Below the pieces are notes generated by a model, which worked only from the letters and a program-made list of their open reading frames with translations, was not told where the DNA came from and made no database searches. Shown piece by piece: positions 9,025 through 17,814 of a stretch of 42,682 nucleotides of DNA. A program made the translations under genes and the position numbers. The stretch lies in assembly GCA_964389125.1 (NCBI GenBank), contig CAYMDX010000005.1, positions 1 through 42,682 on the forward strand, read 5' to 3'. Positions within the stretch are counted from its first letter, which is position 1. Each line of letters begins with the position of its first letter. Source of the stretch: an uncultured Bacteroidales bacterium. Lineage in GTDB: Bacteria; Bacteroidota; Bacteroidia; Bacteroidales; UBA7960.

Positions 9025-10086
9025 CTATGTATTACTGTAGTTTGCCAGGAAGCGGTGTACAATTCTGTCAAACTTTTTCTTTTCGCCTTCATGAAATACA
9101 ACCCTTGCCGGCAGGTAGTAGACAGGTGTTTCGGCCAATTCTTTTTGTAAGTCAGTATTGTGAAGTCTCATGGCATCTTTTTCCGTTGTCACGATGATTT
9201 TGCTGCGACTGAGACTTTCATGAAACGCTTTACGCAGCTTCTGAAGGTTTTGCCTGGAAAACTGATGATGGTCAGGGTATCTGTGTACAATAAGCTCTTC
9301 ACATTGGGTCTTTAGGTACTCTTGTAAAGCTTCCGGATTGGCAATGCCCGTTAGCAAAAAGATGGTTTTGATGTTTTTTTGCGGTTTTGGCGGAGTGGCT
9401 TCAGTAAGGGGCTGCAGTCGCTGATGGGTAAGCTTTGAAAAAATGATTTTCTTAAGTTGGTAAGGCTCGAGCTTTTTGAGGAAAAAACGACGGTCGAGAG
9501 GTGAAAAAACGTGTGGGGTTTTTGTGACGATCACCGCATCAGCCTTTTTTGCCCGGGACTTCATGTCCCGCAAATTGCCAACAGGAAGCAGGAAATTATT
9601 GAAAAAAGGGTTGAAATAACCGGTAAGCAACAGGTTTAAGCCGGGCTTGACATACCTGTGCTGGAAAGCATCGTCCAGAATGACCAGGTTGATCTCTGGG
9701 TGGTCTTTTAATAACCGTTTGATGCCCTTTCGGCGGCTTTCACAAACCGCCACAAAGATGTCAGGAAATTTTTTATGTATCTGAAGGGGTTCGTCACCAA
9801 TATCCCTGGAACGATGTTGGGGTTCTGCCAATACATACCCTTTGGTTTTTCTTTTGTAACCACGGCTGATCACAGCAACATGGTATTTGTCTTTTAACAG
9901 TCTGACCAGATACTCAACATGAGGGGTTTTTCCGGCTCCGCCGGCACTCAGATTTCCCACACTGATCACTGGAATTGAAAAAGCTTCAGATGGTAGTATG
10001 CCCCAATCAAAAAAAAGGTTTCGTATCCGGACAACCATGCCATATAATAAAGCCAGGGGCAATAAAAATATGCGAAGCCAACTCAT
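9025..10086 (-). CDS. lpxK: Tetraacyldisaccharide 4'-kinase (lipid A biosynthesis), 353 aa
   Basis: N-terminal membrane anchor plus P-loop VISVGNLSAGGAGKTP. Length and layout are typical of LpxK. Confidence 0.85.
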   Translation of the reverse strand: MSWLRIFLLPLALLYGMVVRIRNLFFDWGILPSEAFSIPVISVGNLSAGGAGKTPHVEYLVRLLKDKYHVAVISRGYKRKTKGYVLAEPQHRSRDIGDEPLQIHKKFPDIFVAVCESRRKGIKRLLKDHPEINLVILDDAFQHRYVKPGLNLLLTGYFNPFFNNFLLPVGNLRDMKSRAKKADAVIVTKTPHVFSPLDRRFFLKKLEPYQLKKIIFSKLTHQRLQPLTEATPPKPQKNIKTIFLLTGIANPEALQEYLKTQCEELIVHRYPDHHQFSRQNLQKLRKAFHESLSRSKIIVTTEKDAMRLHNTDLQKELAETPVYYLPARVVFHEGEKKKFDRIVHRFLANYSNT

Positions 10087-10215
10087 ACTTCAAAGGTAAT
10101 CAAATATTTGATTTGGTGATATTCAAGGTCCGCAGATTTAAAAGGAGTTTATATGCGGCTTCTGTCAGACATGCTTCTTCAATACCGGTTAGTCTGTTAT
10201 TCGAATAAAAACCTG

Positions 10216-10223
10216 TATATTTG
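10216..10223 (+). promoter_or_regulatory. -7-type promoter motif candidate (TATATTTG) for the nif3-like gene
   Basis: Exact TAnnTTTG match 37 nt upstream of the ATG at 10260. There is no clear -33 TTTG. Confidence 0.3.
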
Positions 10224-10259
10224 AAATAAATCATTGTTGATCCATTAAAACATCCATGT

Positions 10260-11357
10260 ATGTTAGTAAAAGAGCTGCTTACGGTTCTTGATACAATTGC
10301 CCCGTTTTCTTTGCAGGAGCATTATGATAACTCGGGATTACAGGTTGGGAAACCTGATCAGGAGGTGTCGCGGGGCCTGGTATGTCTGGATGTTACTCCT
10401 GACGTTATGACGGAAGCGCTTGATAAAGGATGCGATCTTATTTTGTCGCATCACCCACTGATCTTCAAGGGCATGACAAGCCTTACCGGAGAAAGCATGG
10501 TTGAACAGGTTGTCATGGACGCCATCCGCAACAATATGGTCATCGTGTCTTTACATACCAGCCTTGACAACAGTTTTTCGGGCGTGAACCGGCGACTGGC
10601 GGAAACATTAAGTCTGGAACAATTACAGATACTTCAGCCCGTACAAGAGGTTCTAAAAAAACTTGTTGTGTTTTGTCCGACCGGGCATGCCGAAAAAGTA
10701 CGTGCGGCCATTTTCAAGGCAGGGGCGGGTTATATCGGTGATTATGACTGTTGCAGCTTTAACCTGGAGGGGCAGGGTTCTTTCAGGGCAGGAGAAGACG
10801 CCAGCCCTTTTGTCGGGAATATTCAGGAGCTACATTATGAGTCCGAAACACGTATTGAAACTGTTTTCCCGTCATTTCTCCGGCAAGGGGTCATAGCGGC
10901 CATGATCGAAAGCCATCCCTACGAAGAAGTGGCTTATGATGTCTATTCACTTGAAAACAGTTATGAAAAAGCAGGAGCCGGTATGGTTGGTGAGTTGCTG
11001 GAACCTTTGCCACCGGAAGCCTTTCTGGATATGGTGAAACAGCGTCTGAAGAGTTCCTGTCTGCGACATACCCCGATAACCAGCCAGGAGCCTGTTCAGC
11101 GTGTTGCCGTTTGTGGTGGCTCCGGTGCATTTTTGATTTCCAATGCCATAAAATCCGGCGCTCAGGCTTTTATAACCGGAGATGTAAAATACCATCAGTT
11201 TCTGGATGCAAAGGATCAGATATTGCTGGTTGATGCCGGACATTATGAAACCGAGCAGTATACCAAAGCGTTAATGGTTGATATCATTCAGAAAAAAATC
11301 ATTAACTTTGCACTCCTTATTTCGGAGGTGAATACCAATCCGTTAAATTATCGTTAG
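10260..11357 (+). CDS. Nif3-like dinuclear metal-centre protein (YbgI/YqfO family), 365 aa
   Basis: N-terminal NIF3 signature (DNSGLQVG...ILSHHPLIF), an inserted PII-like domain, and C-terminal ...ITGDVKYH...GHYETE. Confidence 0.85.
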   Translation: MLVKELLTVLDTIAPFSLQEHYDNSGLQVGKPDQEVSRGLVCLDVTPDVMTEALDKGCDLILSHHPLIFKGMTSLTGESMVEQVVMDAIRNNMVIVSLHTSLDNSFSGVNRRLAETLSLEQLQILQPVQEVLKKLVVFCPTGHAEKVRAAIFKAGAGYIGDYDCCSFNLEGQGSFRAGEDASPFVGNIQELHYESETRIETVFPSFLRQGVIAAMIESHPYEEVAYDVYSLENSYEKAGAGMVGELLEPLPPEAFLDMVKQRLKSSCLRHTPITSQEPVQRVAVCGGSGAFLISNAIKSGAQAFITGDVKYHQFLDAKDQILLVDAGHYETEQYTKALMVDIIQKKIINFALLISEVNTNPLNYR

Positions 11358-11388
11358 TTTAGTGCATACCTACTCAAAAGATAAACTT

Positions 11389-12270
11389 ATGGCCAAGACG
11401 TCAAAAACCAGCAAAGCTAAGACTACCAAAAAGGACAAAGAGGTAAATAAGAATATTGACCCCAATACGGGAACGCAACAATCGCCGGTTGAAAACCCGG
11501 AACCTGGCCCGACAGAAGAAAGTATTGAGCGGAGTGTGAAGAATAAGCTGATCGCCTTATACAGACTTCAGAGCATTGATTTTCAAACTGATAAGCTGCG
11601 CATAGTAAGAGGTGAGTTGCCTCTGGAGGTTCAGGACCTGGAGGATGAGATCGCCGGTCTGGAAACCCGTGTGGAGAAATTCAATAATGAGATCAAAGAA
11701 CTTGAAGACGAGATTTCCAATAAGAAAATAGCTGCACAGGAGAGCCTGGAGATGGTAAAAAAATATGAGGCGCAGCAAATGAATGTCCGCAACAACCGCG
11801 AATATGACTCTTTATCAAAAGAAATAGAATTCCAGACCCTTGAAGCGCAGATAGCCGAGAAGCATATGAAGGAATATGCTGAAGAGGTAGAGTCGAAGAA
11901 AGAGATGGTTAAGCAGGTAGAAGAAAAGCTGGAAGAAAGGCGCAAGGATTTGGAAGAGAAGAAAGAAGAGCTTAATAACATTGTTGCTGAGACAGAAAAG
12001 GATGAATTACGTCTTCAGGAAAAATCTGAGAAAGAACGGGAAGCTATCGAAGAAAGGCTTTTAAAAGCATACCAGCGTGTTCGTGACAATGCCCGTAATG
12101 GCCTGGCGGTGGTTCCTGTAGAGAGAAATGCCTGTGGTGGCTGTTTTAACAAAATTCCGCCACAGCGCCATATGGATATCCGTTTGCACAAAAAGATTAT
12201 TGTCTGCGAGTATTGCGGGCGTATTCTTGTTGATGAGGAGATTGTAAACAGTGTGGAGGAAAACCATTAG
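11389..12270 (+). CDS. Coiled-coil / C4 zinc-ribbon protein (COG1579-type, the usual Nif3 partner), 293 aa from ATG 11389
   Basis: Lys-rich N-terminus, a long heptad-rich coiled coil, and a C-terminal CGGC...CEYCGRIL zinc ribbon. It lies immediately downstream of nif3, a conserved pairing. The track start at 11362 is a GTG 9 codons upstream. Confidence 0.75.
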   Translation: MAKTSKTSKAKTTKKDKEVNKNIDPNTGTQQSPVENPEPGPTEESIERSVKNKLIALYRLQSIDFQTDKLRIVRGELPLEVQDLEDEIAGLETRVEKFNNEIKELEDEISNKKIAAQESLEMVKKYEAQQMNVRNNREYDSLSKEIEFQTLEAQIAEKHMKEYAEEVESKKEMVKQVEEKLEERRKDLEEKKEELNNIVAETEKDELRLQEKSEKEREAIEERLLKAYQRVRDNARNGLAVVPVERNACGGCFNKIPPQRHMDIRLHKKIIVCEYCGRILVDEEIVNSVEENH

Positions 12271-12294
12271 CGTTTGATACTCAAACAGTATGAA

Positions 12295-12338
12295 CAAAAA
12301 AAACACCCCGAAGCTATCAGCGGCGGGGTGTTTTTTTG
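12295..12338. terminator. Bidirectional intrinsic terminator between convergent genes
   Basis: An A-run (12295-12303), stem CACCCCG (12304-12310) / CGGGGTG (12324-12330), and a T-run (12331-12337). It reads as hairpin plus U-tract on both strands. Confidence 0.8.
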
Positions 12339-12362
12339 TTCAGAAACGCATTGCTTTTACTG

Positions 12363-13844
12363 TCAGAGTCGCCAGCCAACGGTTAGCCTGAACACGCTGG
12401 CAGAAAAGTCTCGTGATACAACGGGCTCGGGTGTTGATGCAGGAGCAGGCTCAGGCACAGGATTTGTTTCCTCCATAAAATAGAGGTGGTAATCCTCTGA
12501 GTAAAAGCTGTAGGCGTAGGCAAAATCAATGAAATAGGTGCTCTCCCGCAGGCCGAAACCGGCCGAAATAACCGACCGTTCTCCGTCATTGATGTCGCCT
12601 TTATACGGACTGGCATAAAACCCGTAGCCTGCACGCAAAATGACAGGGGCTACACGGTATTCACCGCCAACACGGAAACTGTGTTGGGTTGTGAATGATT
12701 CACGAATGGTTTTATTCTCTTCAGAAAATAAATGCTGGCTGCTTCTTAACCTTGCCTTGGTGTAATCAGTGTATTCATAATCGAAGCTTAACAGGCCTGC
12801 ATTGCCGAAAACCAACCCAAGGCTGCCTATAGCTTTCAGCGGTGTGTTCAGTTCATAGTCGAACCGGCCACTGGGTGACTCTGCTTCCTGCGTATCATAG
12901 TCAAGGTTGAGGTCCGAACGCATGGTTGACTGGTATCTGTCGGTCAACTCATAGAAGGTGGGTGAATGAAACGCTCCGCCCAGCCTTACAAGGTCATTAA
13001 TGCGCAAAATAGCACCAAATTTAAAGTTGTACCCGGATCCGGATGTTTCCAGATTGTTGATGTAGGTCATACTGTTGAACACTTCATTCAGTTGTTCTGT
13101 GTCTGATTCTTCAAAGATGCTTTCTTCTTTATAGGATACAGAAGGAAAGCCTACCGAAGCGCCCAGGTATAGCCGGTCGGCGTAATTGGCGCCCATTGAA
13201 AGAATAAATTCACGCACAGAGCCTGAGGTGTTGGTTTCCTGGCGTTGACGTACATTATCTGCCATATCGATAAAAAAACCGTTATCATCATCTTCGCCAA
13301 TCAACCAGGTTTCCCATGCCAGTTCGGTAGAAAAAGGATCCAGGTTATCAACATGCCCTTCTCTGTTAGCCTGTTCAAGAATGCTTGCCATCTTTGAGCT
13401 GTGAGGGTTGAAGCCGTCGGCAATCCAACGGTCGTTGAAGTTGTTGTGGCGGTTGATACCCAGTCCCAGGTTGATGAACTGCCACCCATCATTATTATCC
13501 TGATTGCCGGCAGGGAATGTCAATACGAGCCCCACGTTGTTCAGGTTGAAATCATATTTCATATCCTCTTCGGGGGTGTCAAAAAACCGGGTTTCTGCCT
13601 GATTATAATGCAGGGCTGGTGTTATTGTAAATTCGGAACTTCTGTAAATACCGAGACCGGCCGGGTTTATGCTCAGGCTTGAGAAATCACCGCCCAGGGC
13701 ACCAAAAGCTCCGCCCATAGACACAAATCGGGCTGTCCCACCGGGAAACAGTTGGGAGTATCGCAGGGCGTCCATTTCATTTTGCGGGAAGGCGGACGTG
13801 AAAAAAAATAAGCCAATGATCAGCGTTAAAAGTGTCTTTTTCAT
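12363..13844 (-). CDS. FadL/PorV-like outer-membrane beta-barrel protein, 493 aa from MKKTLL
   Basis: Signal peptide MKKTLLTLIIGLFFFTSAFPQ. The N-terminal motif GTARFVSMGGAFGALGGDFSSLSINPAGLG is characteristic of the FadL/PorV-like barrel superfamily. The body has an alternating beta-strand pattern and ends in an aromatic-rich strand (...FRLTVGWRL). Subfamily is not resolvable by eye. Confidence 0.65.
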   Translation of the reverse strand: MKKTLLTLIIGLFFFTSAFPQNEMDALRYSQLFPGGTARFVSMGGAFGALGGDFSSLSINPAGLGIYRSSEFTITPALHYNQAETRFFDTPEEDMKYDFNLNNVGLVLTFPAGNQDNNDGWQFINLGLGINRHNNFNDRWIADGFNPHSSKMASILEQANREGHVDNLDPFSTELAWETWLIGEDDDNGFFIDMADNVRQRQETNTSGSVREFILSMGANYADRLYLGASVGFPSVSYKEESIFEESDTEQLNEVFNSMTYINNLETSGSGYNFKFGAILRINDLVRLGGAFHSPTFYELTDRYQSTMRSDLNLDYDTQEAESPSGRFDYELNTPLKAIGSLGLVFGNAGLLSFDYEYTDYTKARLRSSQHLFSEENKTIRESFTTQHSFRVGGEYRVAPVILRAGYGFYASPYKGDINDGERSVISAGFGLRESTYFIDFAYAYSFYSEDYHLYFMEETNPVPEPAPASTPEPVVSRDFSASVFRLTVGWRL

Positions 13845-13949
13845 TGTTTTATATAGCTTATGGGGTTTGAAAAAACCTCCCGGCAAAAAGGGATGCTTAT
13901 ATGCCGGGAGGGGGTTATTATTAAAGGAGGGTCATATCAACGCTGCTGA

Positions 13950-15614
13950 TTAGTTGTTTTTTCTGCCACCGGAGGATCCACTGCTACTGCTTGAGGATGA
14001 ACCTCTGGAGGAGCTACCTCTTGATGAACTACCGGAACTACCGGAACTTCTTGATGAGGAGCTGCTTCTTGATGATCCTACCGATCCTCTGGAGGAGGAA
14101 CTGCTACGTGAGGGTCTGGCGCTGCTTCTTGATGAAGAACCTGATGACCTTGACGGGCTGGTGCTTGATCTTGAAGATTGCCGGCTCGGCGGTGAATAGC
14201 TTGGACGTCCCCTGTTGGTACGCGATGGAGTGGCTCTCTCATTATTGTCTGATGACCTTGAAGAAGGCCGGTTGACATCCGGCTGTCTGGCACTTGAAGG
14301 CCTGGCTCTCTGGGGAGAGCTGGGCTGCTGATAGCTGGGCGATGCATACGTCCTGGGAACTATATAGTTTGACCTGTCTCCTTCGACATTTCTGTCAGGG
14401 CTGGACTGTTCAGGGCGGCTGTATCGTTGTGAGGAGCCTCTTTCATACTGCTCTCTTGTGGTGGCGCGGTAATCCTCCATTTGTTTTTCGGGTTGGTATG
14501 CTTCCCGGGCTTCTCTGGACTGTTCTGGTCTTTCTCTTTGGGCACTTTCTGGTGATGCTGCTTCTGCATCACGCGAGGTGGCTGATTTTGTTTCTTCCGT
14601 GGTGGTTGATCTTGCTTCTTCTCCGGTTTCCTGGGTGGGTCTTGTCCTTTCAGTCCTTTCAGGGCGGGATTCAGCTACTTCTCGTTCTGCGGTTCTGTTC
14701 TGTCCGGATGTTAATGCGGGCCTTTCATCTGCTAACCGGCGTTTGCCATCTTCATCACGGTAAGTACGTGCTTCAAACCTTTCGGAAAAAGTATTGCGGG
14801 AGCCACTGTCGCGTCCGTCAAGTGTGCGCCCGACGGTGCTTCCGGTTGAACCCCGGGGGGCATAATGGTAATCTGCCAGGGTGCCGTCAAAGCTGTTATA
14901 AAAGTATTGGGAGTGTCCCCAATAGCCATAGCCTCCATATCCATAATGCAGTCCGTGCATAAATCCTAGATGGTAGCCACTCATGTAACCGCCGTATACC
15001 CTGAAACCCGGATATCCCCAGTGGCCGTGTGCCCAGTAAGATCTGTAAGGATGGTAGGGCGCATAATAACCTCCGAAATAAAGCGGTGTAGGACTAAATC
15101 CCATGTAAATACTGGTGCCGAAAAAATGGGGATGATGGCCGTAAAAATACATGTTGGTATAGAAAGGGTCATAGTAGCGAGGTGTTAAATAACCTCTGTG
15201 GAAACGTCTGATCCTGGAAGCGTACGAATAGTCGTAGTAATCGCCATAGTAGTAATTATGCACGATGTTGCCCTCATCGTCATAATAAGCCTCATCATCA
15301 TAATACTCAATGGTGTCGGCATTATTATCATTGGTGTAATAGGCATAATCGTCGCCGGCGTATTCTTGCTGGTTGTCCGTGTGTTGAGCCTGCTGGTTAG
15401 CGGTGGCGCTTTCCTGACCTTCTTCAACAACCTCTACAACACGTCCGCGTTCTTCTGTTGTTTCACGTTCTGTCTGTACTGTATCACCGCCACGGGTCAG
15501 CCCCGGGCTGTAATAGACATCATCGGAGTTTGCCGTGGTATCGTAAGTTGATGAACAACTTGTCGCGACCAACGCCAACAGAAGTATACCTGATATTTTT
15601 AGTAGCGTTTTCAT
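13950..15614 (-). CDS. Predicted lipoprotein, 554 aa, almost entirely low-complexity (acidic/Tyr, then Tyr-Gly-His-aromatic, then Arg/Glu/Thr/Ser, then a Ser/Arg/Gly tail)
   Basis: Signal peptide plus lipobox [20 protein letters not shown] (Cys20). The composition is read directly from the translation. It is co-directional with, and 105 nt upstream of, the corrected barrel-gene start at 13844. I recognise no homologous family. Confidence 0.7.
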   Translation of the reverse strand: MKTLLKISGILLLALVATSCSSTYDTTANSDDVYYSPGLTRGGDTVQTERETTEERGRVVEVVEEGQESATANQQAQHTDNQQEYAGDDYAYYTNDNNADTIEYYDDEAYYDDEGNIVHNYYYGDYYDYSYASRIRRFHRGYLTPRYYDPFYTNMYFYGHHPHFFGTSIYMGFSPTPLYFGGYYAPYHPYRSYWAHGHWGYPGFRVYGGYMSGYHLGFMHGLHYGYGGYGYWGHSQYFYNSFDGTLADYHYAPRGSTGSTVGRTLDGRDSGSRNTFSERFEARTYRDEDGKRRLADERPALTSGQNRTAEREVAESRPERTERTRPTQETGEEARSTTTEETKSATSRDAEAASPESAQRERPEQSREAREAYQPEKQMEDYRATTREQYERGSSQRYSRPEQSSPDRNVEGDRSNYIVPRTYASPSYQQPSSPQRARPSSARQPDVNRPSSRSSDNNERATPSRTNRGRPSYSPPSRQSSRSSTSPSRSSGSSSRSSARPSRSSSSSRGSVGSSRSSSSSRSSGSSGSSSRGSSSRGSSSSSSSGSSGGRKNN

Positions 15615-15648
15615 GACATATCCTCCTTGGTTTGTTGTTTGGTTTATA

Positions 15649-15656
15649 CAAAGTTA
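15649..15656 (-). promoter_or_regulatory. -7-type promoter motif candidate (TAACTTTG) for the lipoprotein/barrel unit
   Basis: Exact TAnnTTTG on the minus strand, about 35 nt upstream of the ATG at 15614. Confidence 0.35.
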
Positions 15657-15679
15657 ATAACTATCACCGACTTTTTTGT

Positions 15680-15687
15680 TAAATTTG
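15680..15687 (+). promoter_or_regulatory. -7-type promoter motif candidate (TAAATTTG) for proS
   Basis: Exact TAnnTTTG 51 nt upstream of the ATG at 15738. It lies inside a 16-nt block that is identical to one upstream of rpoN. Confidence 0.4.
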
Positions 15688-15737
15688 CCGGGTTATTCCT
15701 ACTTTACAAACATCAAATTCTATACCAAAGGCAACAC

Positions 15738-17216
15738 ATGGCTAAAGATTTTTCCACAAGAGAAGAGAATTATTCCAAATGGTATAATGATATTGTTCAA
15801 CGTGCCGGCCTGGCCGAAAGTTCGGCTGTAAGGGGATGTATGGTTATCAAGCCCTATGGGTATGCCATATGGGAAAAAATGCAGGCAGCACTGGACACCA
15901 TGTTTAAAGATACCGGACATTCGAACGCATACTTCCCGCTTTTCATTCCAAAATCTTTTTTCAGCAAAGAGGCGGATCATGTGGAAGGGTTTGCCAAAGA
16001 GTGTGCGGTGGTCACCCATTATCGTTTGAAGAATGACCCGGAGGGGAAGGGCATCATGGTAGATGAAAATGCCCGCCTGGAAGAGGAGTTGGTTGTACGT
16101 CCTACTTCGGAGACCATCATATGGGATACTTACCGGCATTGGGTACAGTCGTACCGTGACCTGCCGATCCTGGTCAATCAATGGGCCAATGTTGTTCGTT
16201 GGGAGATGCGAACCCGAATGTTTTTGCGTACCTCGGAGTTTCTCTGGCAGGAAGGGCATACGGCACATGCCACTGAACAGGAGGCCATGGAGGAGACTTA
16301 TCAAATGCTGGATGTGTATGCTGATTTTGCGGAAAACCACATGGCAATTCCTGTCCTGAAAGGCATTAAGTCTGAAAATGAACGTTTTGCCGGTGCTGTA
16401 GAGACTTTTTGTATTGAAGCGTTGATGCAGGATGGCAAAGCCCTGCAGGCCGGAACGTCCCATTTTCTCGGTCAGAATTTTGCAAAAGCCTTTGATGTAA
16501 AATTTGCTGATAAGCAGGGTGGTCTCGAGTATGTGTGGGCTACTTCATGGGGCGTATCAACTAGGCTTGTAGGCGCCCTGATCATGGCCCATTCTGATGA
16601 TAACGGTCTTGTGTTGCCTCCCAAGCTGGCCCCTATACAGGTGGTGATCGTGCCGATCTATAAAAATGACGAGCAGTATGAAAAGGTTAGGAGCAAAGCC
16701 AAAGAGATCAAAGATAGCCTCCGCAAGCAAGGTATCCGGGTGAAGCTGGATGATCGCGACACCCATAAACCGGGCTGGAAATTTAATGAATATGAGTTCA
16801 AGGGTGTTCCGGTGCGTTTGGCCATAGGTCCCCGTGATGTCGAAAACGGAACTGTAGAGCTGGCACGCAGAGATACCCTGAGCAAAGAGATTGTGTCCAT
16901 GAATGAATTAAACCAGACCATTGAAGCGTTGCTGGTTACAATTCAGGACGCACTATACCAGCGTGCATTATCGTTTAGAGAGGAGAACACCAGAAAAGCC
17001 GACAGCTGGGATGAGTTTAAACGGATATTGGATGATAAGGGAGGATTCATTCTGGCCCATTGGGATGGTACCGTTGAAACCGAACAAAAAATAAAGGATG
17101 AAACCAAGGCAACAATACGTTGTATTCCCTTTGATGATGGCTCGGAAGAAGAAGGTCACTGTGTTTACTCAGAAAAGCCGTCGAAACGCCGCGTTGTATT
17201 TGCGCGGGCATACTAA
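15738..17216 (+). CDS. proS: Proline--tRNA ligase (archaeal/eukaryote-like class IIa type), 492 aa from [16 protein letters not shown]
   Basis: The N-terminus FS.WY.D......L......VRGC.V..P.G..IWE is typical of this ProRS type, with class II motifs and a C-terminal Zn-type domain ending ...VFARAY. The track start at 15627 adds 37 hydrophobic non-homologous codons that cover the promoter. Confidence 0.92.
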   Translation: MAKDFSTREENYSKWYNDIVQRAGLAESSAVRGCMVIKPYGYAIWEKMQAALDTMFKDTGHSNAYFPLFIPKSFFSKEADHVEGFAKECAVVTHYRLKNDPEGKGIMVDENARLEEELVVRPTSETIIWDTYRHWVQSYRDLPILVNQWANVVRWEMRTRMFLRTSEFLWQEGHTAHATEQEAMEETYQMLDVYADFAENHMAIPVLKGIKSENERFAGAVETFCIEALMQDGKALQAGTSHFLGQNFAKAFDVKFADKQGGLEYVWATSWGVSTRLVGALIMAHSDDNGLVLPPKLAPIQVVIVPIYKNDEQYEKVRSKAKEIKDSLRKQGIRVKLDDRDTHKPGWKFNEYEFKGVPVRLAIGPRDVENGTVELARRDTLSKEIVSMNELNQTIEALLVTIQDALYQRALSFREENTRKADSWDEFKRILDDKGGFILAHWDGTVETEQKIKDETKATIRCIPFDDGSEEEGHCVYSEKPSKRRVVFARAY

Positions 17217-17270
17217 GCATAGTAAAAATATCGGTTTCAGAAACATGATCACCAAAATCATTTTTTAAAG

Positions 17271-17789
17271 ATGGCCATTTACATGTACCGGATTGCTTAC
17301 GCCTTATTGGCTGTTTGTCTGATATGGTGTATATCTGCTGCTGGAAATGCTTTGCCGGAAGCCCCGGCTTTCCAAAGCGCAGACACCCTGTTGCTTGATT
17401 CACTGGATGAACAAGTATTACCTGTGGATACGGCCGAAACATTACATCCACTCAGGTGGGATTATGTTGAGCAGGATCCCCTGGCAGCTTATCTGCTATT
17501 GGCTCACCGTGAGGCTGTCAGTAAACAAAGAGGCATCCCCGGTTATCGTGTGCACCTTTACATGGATTCGGGCAATCAGGCCCGCCTTAACACCCAGCGT
17601 GAACAGTCCGATTTTGAAGAAAAATATCCGGCGGTCAATTCCTATATCGTATACGATGAACCCTACTTTAAATTACGGGCAGGGGACTTCCTGACCAGGC
17701 TTGACGCGCGGCGGTTCCTTGAGGAAATCAAAAAAGACTACACAGCCGCCTATATCGTAGTCGACAGAATCAACTTCCCCGAATTATAG
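17271..17789 (+). CDS. Secreted SPOR-domain protein, 172 aa
   Basis: N-terminal signal/anchor (AYALLAVCLIWCISAAGNA). The C-terminal ~75 aa match the SPOR pattern (GYRVHLY.......A......F...YP......VYDEPYFKLRAGDF..R.DA..FL..IK..Y..AYIV). Confidence 0.5.
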   Translation: MAIYMYRIAYALLAVCLIWCISAAGNALPEAPAFQSADTLLLDSLDEQVLPVDTAETLHPLRWDYVEQDPLAAYLLLAHREAVSKQRGIPGYRVHLYMDSGNQARLNTQREQSDFEEKYPAVNSYIVYDEPYFKLRAGDFLTRLDARRFLEEIKKDYTAAYIVVDRINFPEL

Positions 17790-17814
17790 TCCCAGGCCAG
17801 GATGTTGTGTCTGA

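Noticed and set aside
13954-14962. + strand ORFs (81, 94 and 222 aa; e.g. [32 protein letters not shown])
   Set aside because: They are mirror images of the Ser/Arg- and Tyr/Gly-rich codon repeats of the minus-strand lipoprotein gene. The minus-strand frame has a proper signal peptide/lipobox, a start context and a promoter motif.
15627-15737. N-terminal extensions in the ORF track (proS 15627; also asnS 20245, recG 25714, gcvH 29607, HK 39736, OMP 13886, Zn-ribbon 11362)
   Set aside because: The extensions are hydrophobic or odd, do not match the conserved N-termini of the families, and in several cases cover promoter-like motifs or leader hairpins. Internal ATGs give canonical N-termini.
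15720-16463. 247-aa ORF on the - strand
   Set aside because: It is antisense to proS, whose identity is unambiguous, and has no family resemblance.
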